This document shows positions 26,956 through 38,965 of a stretch of 64,000 nucleotides of DNA, piece after piece. Source of the DNA: Ginglymostoma cirratum. Lineage: Eukaryota. The notes beneath the pieces are model-generated. The model made no database searches and had not been told where the DNA came from. It saw nothing but the letters and a program-made list of their open reading frames with translations. Made by a program: the position numbers and the translations under genes. The DNA lies in the NCBI GenBank assembly GCA_024137785.1, contig JAHRHZ010000251.1, positions 20,324,908 to 20,388,907 on the forward strand, in the 5' to 3' direction. Positions within the stretch are counted from its first letter, which is position 1; each line of letters starts with the position of its first letter.

Positions 26956-27694
26956 TACTCCAAATTATGATGTGATCAAATACATTTGCACTTAGCTTTA
27001 AGGTGATTACAGCTATTAATCCGAGCTGCTTGATTTTCCATTGACTGTGCATTGCAGACCTTTATTTAATGATATAATAACTTCAATCTGACTAAAACAC
27101 CCTAGAACAGTGGTAATAACTGTGACCATTCGGTTATTTTTGCACAAATCCTGGACGCTAATTTTTCATAAAGCTGAAATGCTCCATTAGTCTCAAAAAT
27201 TAAAAAATGTTTTCAGCGCTCATTAACTTTGGTGGATCACCTAAGCTTTTTCTTAAATGCGACTTTGAACCTGCTACTGCTATACAACAGCATTGCTGAG
27301 ATGGGTTGCTGGAAGCACGGGTGTAGGGTGGATCACAGAGCATTTTGCTTAAGTGGATTGAGACCGATATCTTCATGCTTGGGCAATGCACATTCACAAT
27401 CGCTTTGCATCAACACAATGTTACAATGCTAGCCTATTGATGGACTCAATAGATTGTTGTGGCTTCACTTATTTCATTTGTTGCCAGTACCTATTTGCAA
27501 AAAACCATGTCCCAGTATGGTTCAGTACCAAATCTGCAATGTGTTTAGAAACTATGTTGCTGGGAGCAATCTGAGAAGCGTTTTAATTAAAAGCATCTTA
27601 ACCAAAATAATTGTGAAGCAATTAATTGAATTATCACTGAATAATTCCTGGAAACAGTTATCCTAGAAGTAGTTTATTAAATAGAAGCACATAC

Positions 27695-27818
27695 ATCAAC
27701 CATTTGAATATCTTCTGGGAGAGGACCAGGATGGTTGGGTCCGTTGGCAAGGTTTCGGTTTTGATGGTCTACACAAAGATTTTGTCTCAGATGGCTGTGC
27801 ATTTTCTTTCTTTGTTTT
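27695..27818 (-). CDS. NRG2: NRG2 cytoplasmic exon 1 (KQRKKMHSHLRQNLCVDHQNRNLANGPNHPGPLPEDIQMVD)
   Basis: Within ORF 27677..27976. Acceptor ttcttcag|, donor GAT|gtatgt. 124 nt, phase 2 to phase 0. Confidence 0.94.
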
Positions 27819-28035
27819 CTGAAGAATGCAACAACTAGAGTAAGTTCAAGACAGTGTATTAAAGTAACCTCAAAAAGCCGTAATATAGCAGAGCTCGGAA
27901 ATATAAACGTATCTAATGATTTGTACGCAATTTTTAAAAACAAAATCAAATTAACTTCAATTGCAAAAAAGCACAAACTACTTTAAGGTCATAAGAAACT
28001 GTACATTACAGCAACTGGAAGGTTTAAAACCTTAC

Positions 28036-28138
28036 TTTGTTTTACAGTATGCCACTACACACACAATTCCGACGACAAGAAGAGCAACGCAAATGCCGGT
28101 AATGGTCAAGACTCTCTTTTGATACAGTTCCTCAGCTT
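28036..28138 (-). CDS. NRG2: NRG2 transmembrane exon (AEELYQKRVLTITGICVALLVVGIVCVVAYCKT)
   Basis: Acceptor ttctgtttccag|, donor ACAAA|gtaag. 103 nt, phase 1 to phase 2. Highly conserved neuregulin TM segment. Confidence 0.96.
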
Positions 28139-29825
28139 CTGGAAACAGAAACACAGGTACAACAGGGTTAAATATCTACTTCAAACATAGACACAAGCAT
28201 CACATAAGCTACTACAGACACAAGTTTCAGATAAAATGCCTACAGCATTCCTAACAACAATTCTATAGACAATATATGCAAATACAATTATAGCTAGTGT
28301 ACAAAATAGCAACAAACAGAAGTTAACTATAATTAATACACAGAAAATAAAATTACTCTTACCACCAACCCCACCAACGTACTAAGGGCAGATTCATAAA
28401 TAAACCTTTAAAACAAAGTCACACTTCATCTAGAAAGCTAAAAACTTAAAATAATGTGGTAAAATTAAAGTGACAGGATGTGGAGGTAAAGCTTCAGAGA
28501 GAGTTCAGGTTAAGTAAGAATTGCTAAACTGAAAGACATTTTCAATTTTGTTTAAACATTCTAATTTTGAAATTCATTTTGAACTATTGGAAAAACAGTT
28601 GAAACATATTTTCTACAACCTAGTAATTACGGAGATTGAACATTGACAGTAAACAGACTTAATTCAATGCTGTTTATATGTGTGCCAATCACAGTAATGA
28701 GAATGTAAAGAAATAAAAAGACAATGAATAAATGGGAGACATGGAAGTGTTTTAGAAGAAATATTTGGCAACAGTTGGAAGTGGCACATGAAGAGTTGGG
28801 GGAAGTCAAAGACCTGGCAATAGCATGCTTGGAAGAAGAAAATGGGAACATTGAGGGAAGAAGCGGGCTGGAAAGGGATGCCCAAGACTAAAAAATGGTG
28901 GCCTGACAAGACATGGGAGTTGGAATATATTTTGTGATCAATAACTAGAATGTCAACAGCACTCATTTTGCGGTGGGTGCGAGAAATGAACAGGCCTATG
29001 TATTATTAATCTTTTCTTATCAACCGTTTTGAGCTTAATTTTAAGGAACTGCTGCATTAACATTACCATCATATTTATCATGTGCATGACTAAGGATGAA
29101 ACAAAGTATACAATCATGTCACAAAATCTGAAAATCAGTGGAAAATCTTATCCAGGATGAAAATAAACTTATTGAAAGTTTACTTTCAAAGAAAGTGAGT
29201 TGTGGTACAAGTTTATGAAATAGTTTTAAATTCCACTCAGTAAATAAACTTAATTTGCTTTAGCTTGAATGTTTTGTTGTTTTCCTTAACCGGGTCCATC
29301 TCTAGCTTTTTTCAGCCGTGTGCCATAAAAACCGTTTATATTAGCTGCAACTTCAGCAAAAACATTATGACCCGCAGCCTCGCTTGATTTACAGTTAAAT
29401 CAACTTTATTATAAACCACGTTTGGAGTTCAAAGAATAGGTCTCCTAATCTAAATACCAGCTTCACTTATTGAAAAGCTAACAGATGACACAAGCTTACA
29501 TACATCTGGAGCTAACATGAAATTTATAGGTCAAACATTTAAGCAGTGGTTTTATGCTGTCTATTTACAACAGTTATAAATCTGGCAAGAGTTCTCCTGG
29601 GCCAGCTGCAGCTCATCTCTAGTCAAAAAGAGTCCTGCTATTGAAAAGCTGTGCTTATCTGGAGCTCAATGTCATCATTAGATACTGGACTCCTTTATTT
29701 TGGTAATGGATGGATTAGTACAACTAGACAGCTGCAGTGAGATCATCCCTTCAAAGCAAAAGATGTTGCTAGAAATCCAAGGCAGCTTTTTACATTTGCA
29801 GATTAAAATGAATGGTTTTCCATAC

Positions 29826-29849
29826 CCATAAATTCAAATCCAAGATGCT
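29826..29849 (-). CDS. NRG2: NRG2 24-nt juxtamembrane linker microexon ((K)HLGFEFM(E))
   Basis: tgcattggcag|AGCATCTTGGATTTGAATTTATGG|gtatg. Phase 1-1 and frame-preserving. Matches the neuregulin linker KHLG(I/F)E(F/L). Confidence 0.9.
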
Positions 29850-30459
29850 CTGCCAATGCAGAAAGTTGACAAAAAAGAAAGAAAAAAGGAGAACAGTTTC
29901 AGAGAAAAATCTTTAAAACATACCAAAATTATACATGTTATGTGGTTAGCTCAAACTTTGGTATAGAAACATGGCAGATGTAACATTAGCATATAACATA
30001 GTGCTCAGGGAAGTGTTTCGATCTTGGACAATGGGCACTACCATTACAGGCAAACGTTTCACACATGCAAAACAAGACAGGAATGGGTGGAATGCAGTTG
30101 ATTACAAACAATTATTGCCTTTTTTTCAAGTCTAAGGAAAAATATTATGAAAGTCATAGCAATTATTTAGGAGTAAAATGACGTATTATTTATGATTTTA
30201 TCAAGTTTAGTTCAGAGGTGGCATTAACGGTGTTTTTGCATAGACTAATGTGTGTTAAAAGAGGGTTGAAAATCTTGCTACCAATTCAACCTAGGTATGT
30301 TTTAAATGTGTTTTTGATCTTATTCATGAGCAATGAGACTCATTATTACAATTGGGAATAAGTGTGTTATGGTATGAAAGACCAACAATAGCGGCAAAAA
30401 GAAATATTTTCTCATCCACAGAATATATCATTACCACTGGACTTTTTATTGTTTCTTTT

Positions 30460-30846
30460 GTTGTCAATTTTCTCCCCTCCCTCTTTTCGTGAAAGCATTG
30501 CTATCTTAAGATACAATTCTGAAGATCTTGGTTGCCCTGCGGTACGCTAACCCAGTGCCCACTATTTATGTTTGAGGCTTGACAGTAATTATAGGCAGGA
30601 AACAATATGAGCGGCACTGAACCTGATCCTGTCCCTGTCTAATGTTCAGTCACTCGACAGCAGCAAAGATCAGCAGTCTGATCCAATTTCACTTTCTTTA
30701 CCTCAATGAAAAGAGGTTCAATTGTGGCATCACATTCACTGATTGACTAAGGTCAGTTGAATAAGCACAGACTGAAGAACTTTCTTTACAACTTCTTGAC
30801 CTCCATGATTCAGCTTCATGTCAATTAAATTCTCTGAGCTATCTCA
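30460..30846 (-). mobile_element. LF-SINE-like ancient SINE, degenerate
   Basis: Minus strand has gacaggatcaggttcag, ctgtcaagcctcaaacataaatagtgggcactgggttagcgtaccgcagggc and gagggaggggagaaaattg, in the order of the LF-SINE consensus as recalled. Confidence 0.65.
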
Positions 30847-33279
30847 TTAGGGAATCTAGGGATGATTGCTCAAAGATAAATCATTATTCACAATGAAAGA
30901 TTTTCTCTGAACTAGACTGTAAAATTAATAGCTGGTATATAATGATGCTGAAACCACAAAAGTGGTTAAGAACGTTACAAGACTTTAGAACAATAGCTTT
31001 ATTGATAATTTTTTTAAAAAAAACAAAAGTTGCATGTGTAAATTTCATAAAGTTTCCCCATTCATCAGCTTAGCCTTGGCAGATGACGCAAAGAAATTTT
31101 GGAAGTTTCATTGTCTGTTCAGGAGAAACTTGATAGAAATTTAGTTAATTTCAAATAAAATAATTTTAAACTCTATGAAATCACTGTACAAAATAATGGA
31201 TATCAAAGTATGAATTGAACACTTTGAGCTTCAGGTAAAGTTAATAAACTCTTCAGTCTTTATTCCCATGTTCTTGTAACACACTCTGCAGTGTCAATAA
31301 TTTTATATATTGAATAACCTTAAAACACCTGGATATCAGCATTATTCCACACCAAATATGATATCAGTAGAGAATAATGGCTCACGGACAGGCATTCACA
31401 GTTGAAAGAAAATTGTACTATAGAGCAATCCTTGTAAATTAGATGAGAGAAGCAGGGCTACAAAATTGAAATGTGAGAGGAATGCATAATGTTTTTGTAG
31501 AGTCCTTTTTTCTGAGTTTATGAAAGAAAGTAAGTTCAACAATAAAATTATTGTATAGCAGCTACTGAATAATCCCTAAATCTGTATTATTAATCACAGA
31601 ATTCTTTTGGTGCGTAAAGAGACCACAGGACCCATCACGCCTGCATTGGCTTTTCACTTGAGGATTACTACCTAGTGCCTATCTTCTGCTTTTTCCCATT
31701 CCTTTGAACAAAGCCTTCTGAAAACCATGTTGTTCAATACATGAAAGACCAGCCATATACAGGTAACTGGGAAGCCAACTGTGGCTAATTATATCTCTGA
31801 TCAGTAAATCAAACTGAGTAATAGACTGATGGCCCGGATCTTCTGCTCTCCAGAGTTAGACCCTTCAGAATTCCTGATGTACTGACTTTGTGAGACTTGC
31901 CCAGGCAGTTTAAATTTCTGATGGGCAATTTCCCAGCTCCCTGGGATAGTGCAGGAATATTTCAGATCCTGAGTTAAAATAGGAGATTTGTGACTGATCT
32001 AACTTACTTAACTGGATAATTATGCAGGAAATGTTAGACAGGTTAAAACCTCGTAGCCATACAAACTAGCATTCCCCCCACTGCACCCCTAACTCCTTAC
32101 TGCCCAATTGTCTTCCCATGGATCACCCCTCCACACACACCTCTTGACCCTCTGACTCCTCTCCTAATGCTCTGATTTCCCCTGATCCTCTAACCTCCCA
32201 CAAGCCTTCATCACCCCAACTCCCTAACTGAACACAACCTGGTCCAGCCTCACCTCCCAAATCTAACCCTCAACCAAACCTCCCCCAACCCTGGCAGCGC
32301 CCTGTTTCTCCATCTCAACCCTTCACTATCCTTTGACTACCACCCAATCCAACCTGACCCAGCCTCACCACTCTTTCCACTGCCTATTTATCTCACACAC
32401 CCTACCATTTTACCCACTTATACACTCGTACACCCGTACACTCATAGACTAACACGCTAAGAAATTCTGCGACATTTAATCTTACCAGAATACTGTAGCT
32501 AACATTTAAAAACTAAAGGGCATGGCTTCTGCCCAGATTTTGTCCGCTCCTCCCGCTGAAAATTCCTGCTAACTGAGTTTGGAAGGATCCCATCAGAAGG
32601 TTGGCAGGAAAAATCAGAGTACAGTAAATAGATGGTTTTTGACAGTTCAGCATTGGATAAAAAGGTTCCAATGCTGACCGGAAGATGGAGCCATTTTTAT
32701 TAGGTGTGCATTCCTCAATACTCATATTCACACAGCAAGTTTGTGTGTATTCCAACTTTTATTAACATTTGCTGGTAAAATGGTAAGAGAAAATACACCG
32801 TGTGTATTGGTTTTAATTCATCTCTGTCATTTCCTGCGTTAATTTTTTCTTAAAACCATGCATAACATGAGTGAAAACTCTCCTCATCAGCACCATGGAA
32901 ACACAAGCACATTGCAGAGTGAGAAGTTAACATAATGTACAGCAGAGAACGGACTAGTCAGTACAAGAGGTCAGTCTGAGACCCATTCGGAATTTACTCT
33001 CATCAGAAAGATGAACTGAGATCCAAGCAGGGGAGAGAGACACATTTGACAAGGAGCCAAGTGATGATGGAAATGGTCTTGGGGACTGGTAATGAGTGAA
33101 GAGGGGCAGGAATGCTTGTCAGCTTCAGATAAAAAAAATTAAATCAGTTCTTGAAACATTGTTGATTAATCTATCTGGAACACTGAAAAAATGGTGCCCA
33201 CAAATTTAACAATGGGGATAATGAAGTGTAAATTATCCGACTGTTTCAATCTGCAGTATGCTGTTATGTTTTGCTCTAT

Positions 33280-33520
33280 TTCAATATCTCAACAACGTAT
33301 CGACTTTATAAAAACTAATTTGTGCACAGCAAGCCCCCACAAACAGCAATATGATCATGACCAGGTAAGTTGAGTTAGGATATTGGTTAACGGATAAAAT
33401 TACAAGATCCCGGCTTATCAAATAGTGTCAAAAAAACCGGAGTATCAGTCTAGATTTTGGATCTAAGGCCTTGAAATACAAACTTTTAACTCGATATAAG
33501 CATGTTGTCAATTGAATGTC
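33280..33520 (-). mobile_element. Deu-domain SINE remnant (SacSINE1/AmnSINE-like)
   Basis: gcacagcaagcccccacaaacagcaatatgatcatgaccag resembles the reverse complement of the Deu domain as recalled. Confidence 0.6.
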
Positions 33521-33778
33521 TGATGCCCTTTTAGGGACATAAGGTTGTAAATGGAACCAGTCATTAAGAGTGTGATAGAATAAAAATTTAAGTTGAATCT
33601 GGCGAGAGAGACGGTGAGAAGTGGAAATAATTAGGTGACTTGACCCCAGAGAAACTCACTCCTTTTTTACAGCTTCAACAATTAAATAGTGGAGGGTTGG
33701 GGAGTGGGCTTCTTGGGTAGGTTCACATGACCTCCCAACCCTCGCCACACAAGATGAAGAAAAACAAAACTTACCTTG

Positions 33779-34534
33779 AGCATTGCTGAAGAATGTTTTT
33801 TAAAGCTTTTCACCGTTCACCAGAAACTGACAGGCAATCAGAATTCAGCAGTATCTGTCAGGGCAATTCTTAAGAATACCAATGAGAGGGCAAAGCAATG
33901 TTGATATTGTGTCAGGAGAGTGCTGATTGATTGGCAAATGGATTCTGACTGCTCGAGGTGTTTCCATTCAGAATGCACCAGTTAGTGATGACTGTCAGTT
34001 AACTGCTAAGATTAGTTTAAACTTTAAAGCAGGCAGGTTGATTTTTTTTTGATTGGTCAAGATATTGCCCTGAGAAAGTAACTAATTTGTTCAGTTGAGA
34101 CTGACACAGTGCATACTCCTGTCCGAATAGGAGAGAGTCTTGTGTACTAATATATGTAAATTCTAGTATTCGCTAGTGAAGCGCACAACGAATCTGACTG
34201 ACAATCCTAAATTGTTTGTCAGCAGGATTATTTGCATACTTAGAATTATCAGGCAAATGATGCCTAATCATGTGTTGTGAGATTTGCAAGTACAGGTTAA
34301 TTGGATAGTCAGTACCTTGTTTGTTGCAAAAAGCCAAAGAACATGCCATTTGATGTGATTCCCCCAGAGATATGCTGTTGTCTTTACTAATCAGAATCCA
34401 CATGCCAAACAATCAGCACTCTCTTTTCATACAGTTTAAATGTGACATTCCCTTTACATTGATATTCTTGCAAATTGTCCTGATGAGTGTAAGATGAAAA
34501 GCTTTGACAAAATATGTTTTCATTCAGCAATACT
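33779..34534 (-). mobile_element. Penelope-like element fragment: GIY-YIG endonuclease C-terminus with inverted terminal repeat
   Basis: Minus strand reads IRHHLPDNSKYANNPADKQFRIVSQIRCALH*RILEFTYISTQDSLLFGQE (about 34115-34270), resembling the PLE pattern I..HL..N..C.......F.I.......LEA.YI....P.L..Q.E. Ends 33779-33814 and 34493-34534 are inverted copies. Confidence 0.7.
34475..34510 (+). ncRNA. Minimal type I hammerhead ribozyme motif
   Basis: TTGTC-CTGATGA-GT(GTAAG)AT-GAAA-AGCT-TT-GACAA: 5-bp stem I, both core boxes intact, short stem II, palindromic AAGCTT at stem III. Confidence 0.65.
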
Positions 34535-37289
34535 AAAAAAATCTACCTTCTTGTCACTGGATCTCCAAAAGAGTCAACTTCAACCAGCAGACATTTGGAC
34601 CCAAAAGCTACTGAATTCTGGTTGCCTGTCAGTTTCTGGTGACCTGAGACACCAGCATTGAGCACTGTGATGGGGCCGAGTTACTCACCTTCACCGAGTA
34701 GTCAGCCCTTAATGAGCTGACTGGTGGGTGATTGAGTGAGTTATTTCACTGGTGAGGGCAGTGTGTCAGTTTTCAACTCGCACACTTGTCCCATACTTAG
34801 CAGTAATATGGGAAATTCTACCCATAATTTAAATGATCCCTATGGATTTTGCCAAAAAAAACAAATTAAGCAGAGACAAATCTAATATTAGAGGGGAAGC
34901 AGGTCTAAAAGTACATATTGATCCTTTACAATTACACTGTTAGATATTTCTGTTGAATTATTGATCATTGATCATAAGATCAATCAGTGCATCAGGGATC
35001 ACCATGAATTACTAAAGTGAAGCACAAACACTAAAAGTAGTTTGTTGATGTCATATGATTTGACAGAAATCTATCCCTATATAAATAAAACCAAAACCAT
35101 AAAATGTGGTAGAGTTCATAAGCACAAAAAATGTACATTATCAAGTTAAACTCCTTTAGACAAAAATATGAGCCACTATATATATAAAAGCGATATCTCC
35201 ATTTATAAAATATGCAATTATAAATGTCTATGCTTCCCTCCTGCTGATCCCCTGTAGTAGCATTAATAATGTATAATTACAGTGTGATAAGTTTATATTG
35301 GCACTTCAAATTAAGAATTTATCGCATAATATAAAAAAAATCTTTTCAAAGCAACAGAACTACATCTTTACTCTAATAAGCCAGTGCCTTCTATTCTCAC
35401 TTCACCTGATGGTTACACCTGATATTGACTTCCTGTATGCAATTTCACAGGAGATTGATTGAATGTATTAACAATCTTAGACTTGCACATACTGTCTACA
35501 AAAACTATTTCCATTATAAATGTCCAAGTCTATATTTATAATAGGAACTGCCAATGTAAACTGACTAGTTGTAATGAAATCCTTCCCTGTAGAGATGGTA
35601 CAATACCATCAGAAACATGGCAAGTTCGCAAAGCACATGCCATTGAAAGACCTGTGAACTACATCTTAGAACATGACTGATCTAGACTATGAAAGAAATC
35701 AGAGTGAAAGAACAAACAGATTCAATACATCATTAGTATATCACCTAATTATTATTCTACCAATAAACAAACAGCAAGCAGCAATAATTTCCAGATGTTT
35801 CTTCCGGGTTCTCTTGATCAGCTAACATAAATCCGAAAAGCACAGCTTTCTTGCATATAGTTGTTGCGAGAGTATTAAAATCTGTTTCTGTAGGGATTTA
35901 AGGATTATGCAACCAATGACTGGTTTTAAAAAGTAAATTGCTGACACAAAATTTTCAGTTACCCACACTGGCAATCTTTAAATGTAACTAAACTCTACTT
36001 GCAATACAATTTGTGACCACTAGACGGGCATGCCTCCTATTTCATGGAGATACAACCTAAGGAGACCACTGAAGCCAGAGGATCCTTGCCTCAGAAAGGT
36101 AGGTCTGGGCAGGAAAGGCAGTGCTGCAGTTCCACCAGAAGGGGCTTGCCCTCCAATTGATGCAGCCTTCACTCCACCGTCCAAAATTTATCCTGTCTTT
36201 ACTGTTCACTGCTGGTGGAACTGCCAAAGCTTCAGAGCTCCTGACCCTCTGACTGGGCTGGCTGCATCAGAATTCTGCATACCATCCTTAAAAAGATGGC
36301 ACATCTAACAGTAGTACTTTAGGAATTTGACCCTGACAAAATTGTTGAACGTTTGAGAGTAACAGCACAATTCCACTGTGCCAAAGGAAGCTCAATAATA
36401 GTTTTTTTAAGGTTGATAGTTTTGGGTCAACAGTCGCTATAAGCAGGCAAGAGTAATACAGTGAAGGTTGAGGCTGATACAGAGAAGGTTCAATATGATA
36501 GCGGGAGGCTGCGGGGTGGTGGCTTCCAGTCAACATGCAAGTATCGACGCACATGTCCATGTTAATACAACGTGCTCTCTCCAGTGAATCTCCAGGATGG
36601 AGTTCACAATGATGGCATGGGCACAGAATGTGTGGTTGATGCCACATACAGGGATCTCCTTTGATCAAAAAGCTTTGGACATGAGGGAGTGCCTTCTGCC
36701 ACCTTCCATGGGAAACTATTCTTGGACAGTCTGGAGGAAAACCTGAAGGGAGGTATCACTGAATCACAGGGTTTCTGTTTATCATTGCTTGGATATTTGC
36801 CTTTTTTGTACAGGGTAGTAGTAGCTCCAGGGATCAGCAGGTAGAGAGGAAAGGCATCAATCACAGCTCCTGAAACCTCAGAGACAGTGAGAATAATACT
36901 TCTGGCTTGCAGGGGACGAATGTCCATCTGGGTGACAGATGCATCTTTCACCCTATGAAAGAACAACGGAGGCATCAACTACCTGCTCACTAATGTGTGT
37001 GATTTGCCAAGTTCTTTACATGCATCTGTCTAATTGGCCAGCTATCTTGTGGTCATGTGCTAGCCATTCAGCCAATGAGCAGAAGTGTCTCATACCAGAT
37101 GATACTGTCCAATGATCAACTTCAATCTCTTCAGTTTATTTCTTCCTCACAAGGGTTTCTTGAAATATTTCTGCAAAGATAACTTTTTTCACTTAACCTA
37201 AAATAATTACCAGACCCAGGGAAAAAGTGAGAAAACGGTTGGATTGAAAGGCTGACAAAATGAAGCAGTAAAATTTCAAAATTCCTCAG

Positions 37290-38580
37290 ATTCTGGAAGT
37301 CTCCCAATAGAATTGAAAATAGCAAATGTAACACCATTATACAAGGGTGCTTTCAGAAAGTAACTAGAAACGTCGATAAAGGGGAACTGTACATGTGGTA
37401 CACTTGAATTTCCAAAAGGCATCTGATAAGATGCAACACCAAAGGTTACTACACAATAATACCAAGGTATTAGATGTAACATATTAGCAAATTTACAGGA
37501 TTAGTTAACTAACAGGAATCACAGAGTAGGGATAAAAGAGTTATTTCAATTTAAGGCTGTAAGTATCATAACCATAAGGACTAGTGCTGGGATGGCAATG
37601 ATTTACAATCTTTATCAAAGGCTTGAAGGAAAGAACCGAATGTATGATTGCTAAATGTGTCAATGACAGTAAAATAGGCAAGAAAGTAAGTTATCAAGAG
37701 GAGGCAAGGAGATTACGAGGATTATAAAAGACTAAGTGAGTTGGGGAAAAACTGGCAGTTAGAATTTAAAATGGGAAAATGTGAACTTGTCCATTTTGGC
37801 AGGAAGAATAGAAAAACAATATATTATTTAAATGATGAGAGCCTATGGTACTCAACATTAAAAAGGAATCTAGGTGTCCTGGTACGTGAATCATTAAAAT
37901 CTACTGTACAGGTACAGCAAGTGATTAGGAACGCATATTGAATGTTGGTGTTTACTGCAAGGGAAATAAAATACAAATTAGGGAAGCTCTACTGTAGCTG
38001 CACAATGCCTTAATGAGACTACATCTAGTTTACAATTTTGGTCTCCTTACTGGAAGAGAAATATAATTATATCGGAAGCAATTCAGAGAATATACACACA
38101 ACTCAGTCCTGGGATGACAAGATTATCCTATGAGGAAAAGCTGAACAATTTGGGCCTATATCATTGGAGGTGAAGACAATGAGAGATAATTGTATTTTAA
38201 CATGCAAGAGCTTGAGGGAACTTGCTAGGGTAGATACTGAGAGGGTGCTTCCCCTTGTGCAGTTACGAGAAGTAGGTGAGACATTTTAAAAATAGGATGT
38301 CTTCTTTCTAAGATTGAGATGAGCAGAAATTATTTTGTCACAGAGAGCTGTTAGCATATGGAATTCTCTTTCCCAGAAAATAATGGAAGCTGGGTCATTG
38401 AATTTATTCATGGCTAAGTCAGAGAGACTTTTCAAAGACTAGGAAATCAAGTGGTATGGCAAGGAGATAGGACAGTGATGTTGAAACTACAGCCAGATCA
38501 GCCATAGTCACATTGAATGGTGCAGCAGAGACTCAAAAAGGCCAATGGCCTACTCTTGCTTCCAAGTCCTATGTTCCTCA
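37290..38580 (+). mobile_element. Old degenerate CR1 LINE
   Basis: ORF 37741..37941 (WQLEFKMGKCELVHFGRKN...RNLGVLV.ESLK..VQVQQVI) and CR1 3' UTR ggccaatggcctactcttgcttcc...cctatgttcct. Confidence 0.85.
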
Positions 38581-38804
38581 CAGCAGCCGAAATCATGAAA
38601 AGTCAATAAGTTCAACAGTGTTTAGTTGAAGAGGATGTGTTATCAATTATGTCTTAACAATAATTCATCTCTCTCGAATCAAACTCAATGGCTGCAAAAT
38701 ATGGCTCATTAGCAGCTGTGGTTTTGGCACTACAAATGTGACACGTCTGCTGGCAGCAGAGTCAGACTCATTTTAGTGAAGACATTGATGCTGCTGTATT
38801 TTGG

Positions 38805-38965
38805 AATTTGTTGCAATGTGTCATTGACTGCACACACATTGCTTCGTCAGAGCTGCATGTGAATTCCATCCTATTCCACAGTCAAAAGGAATCCCATGTC
38901 TTCAATGTCTACCTGACCACAGTCAATTATGCAAATCCATACAGCAGTCATGATGCCTTATCAGC
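38805..38965 (+). mobile_element. Harbinger (HARBI1-like) DDE transposase remnant
   Basis: ORF 38808..39017: CVIDCTHIA...QKESHVFNV.L...PYSSHDA, degenerate versions of GxIDCTH, NRKxxHSxNVQ and PGSxHD. Confidence 0.65.

Noticed and set aside
32070-32450. C-rich low-complexity tract with ctaacc/ctgacc units resembling telomeric repeats
   Set aside because: No regular (CCCTAA)n array. It looks like the degenerate interior of a non-autonomous repeat.
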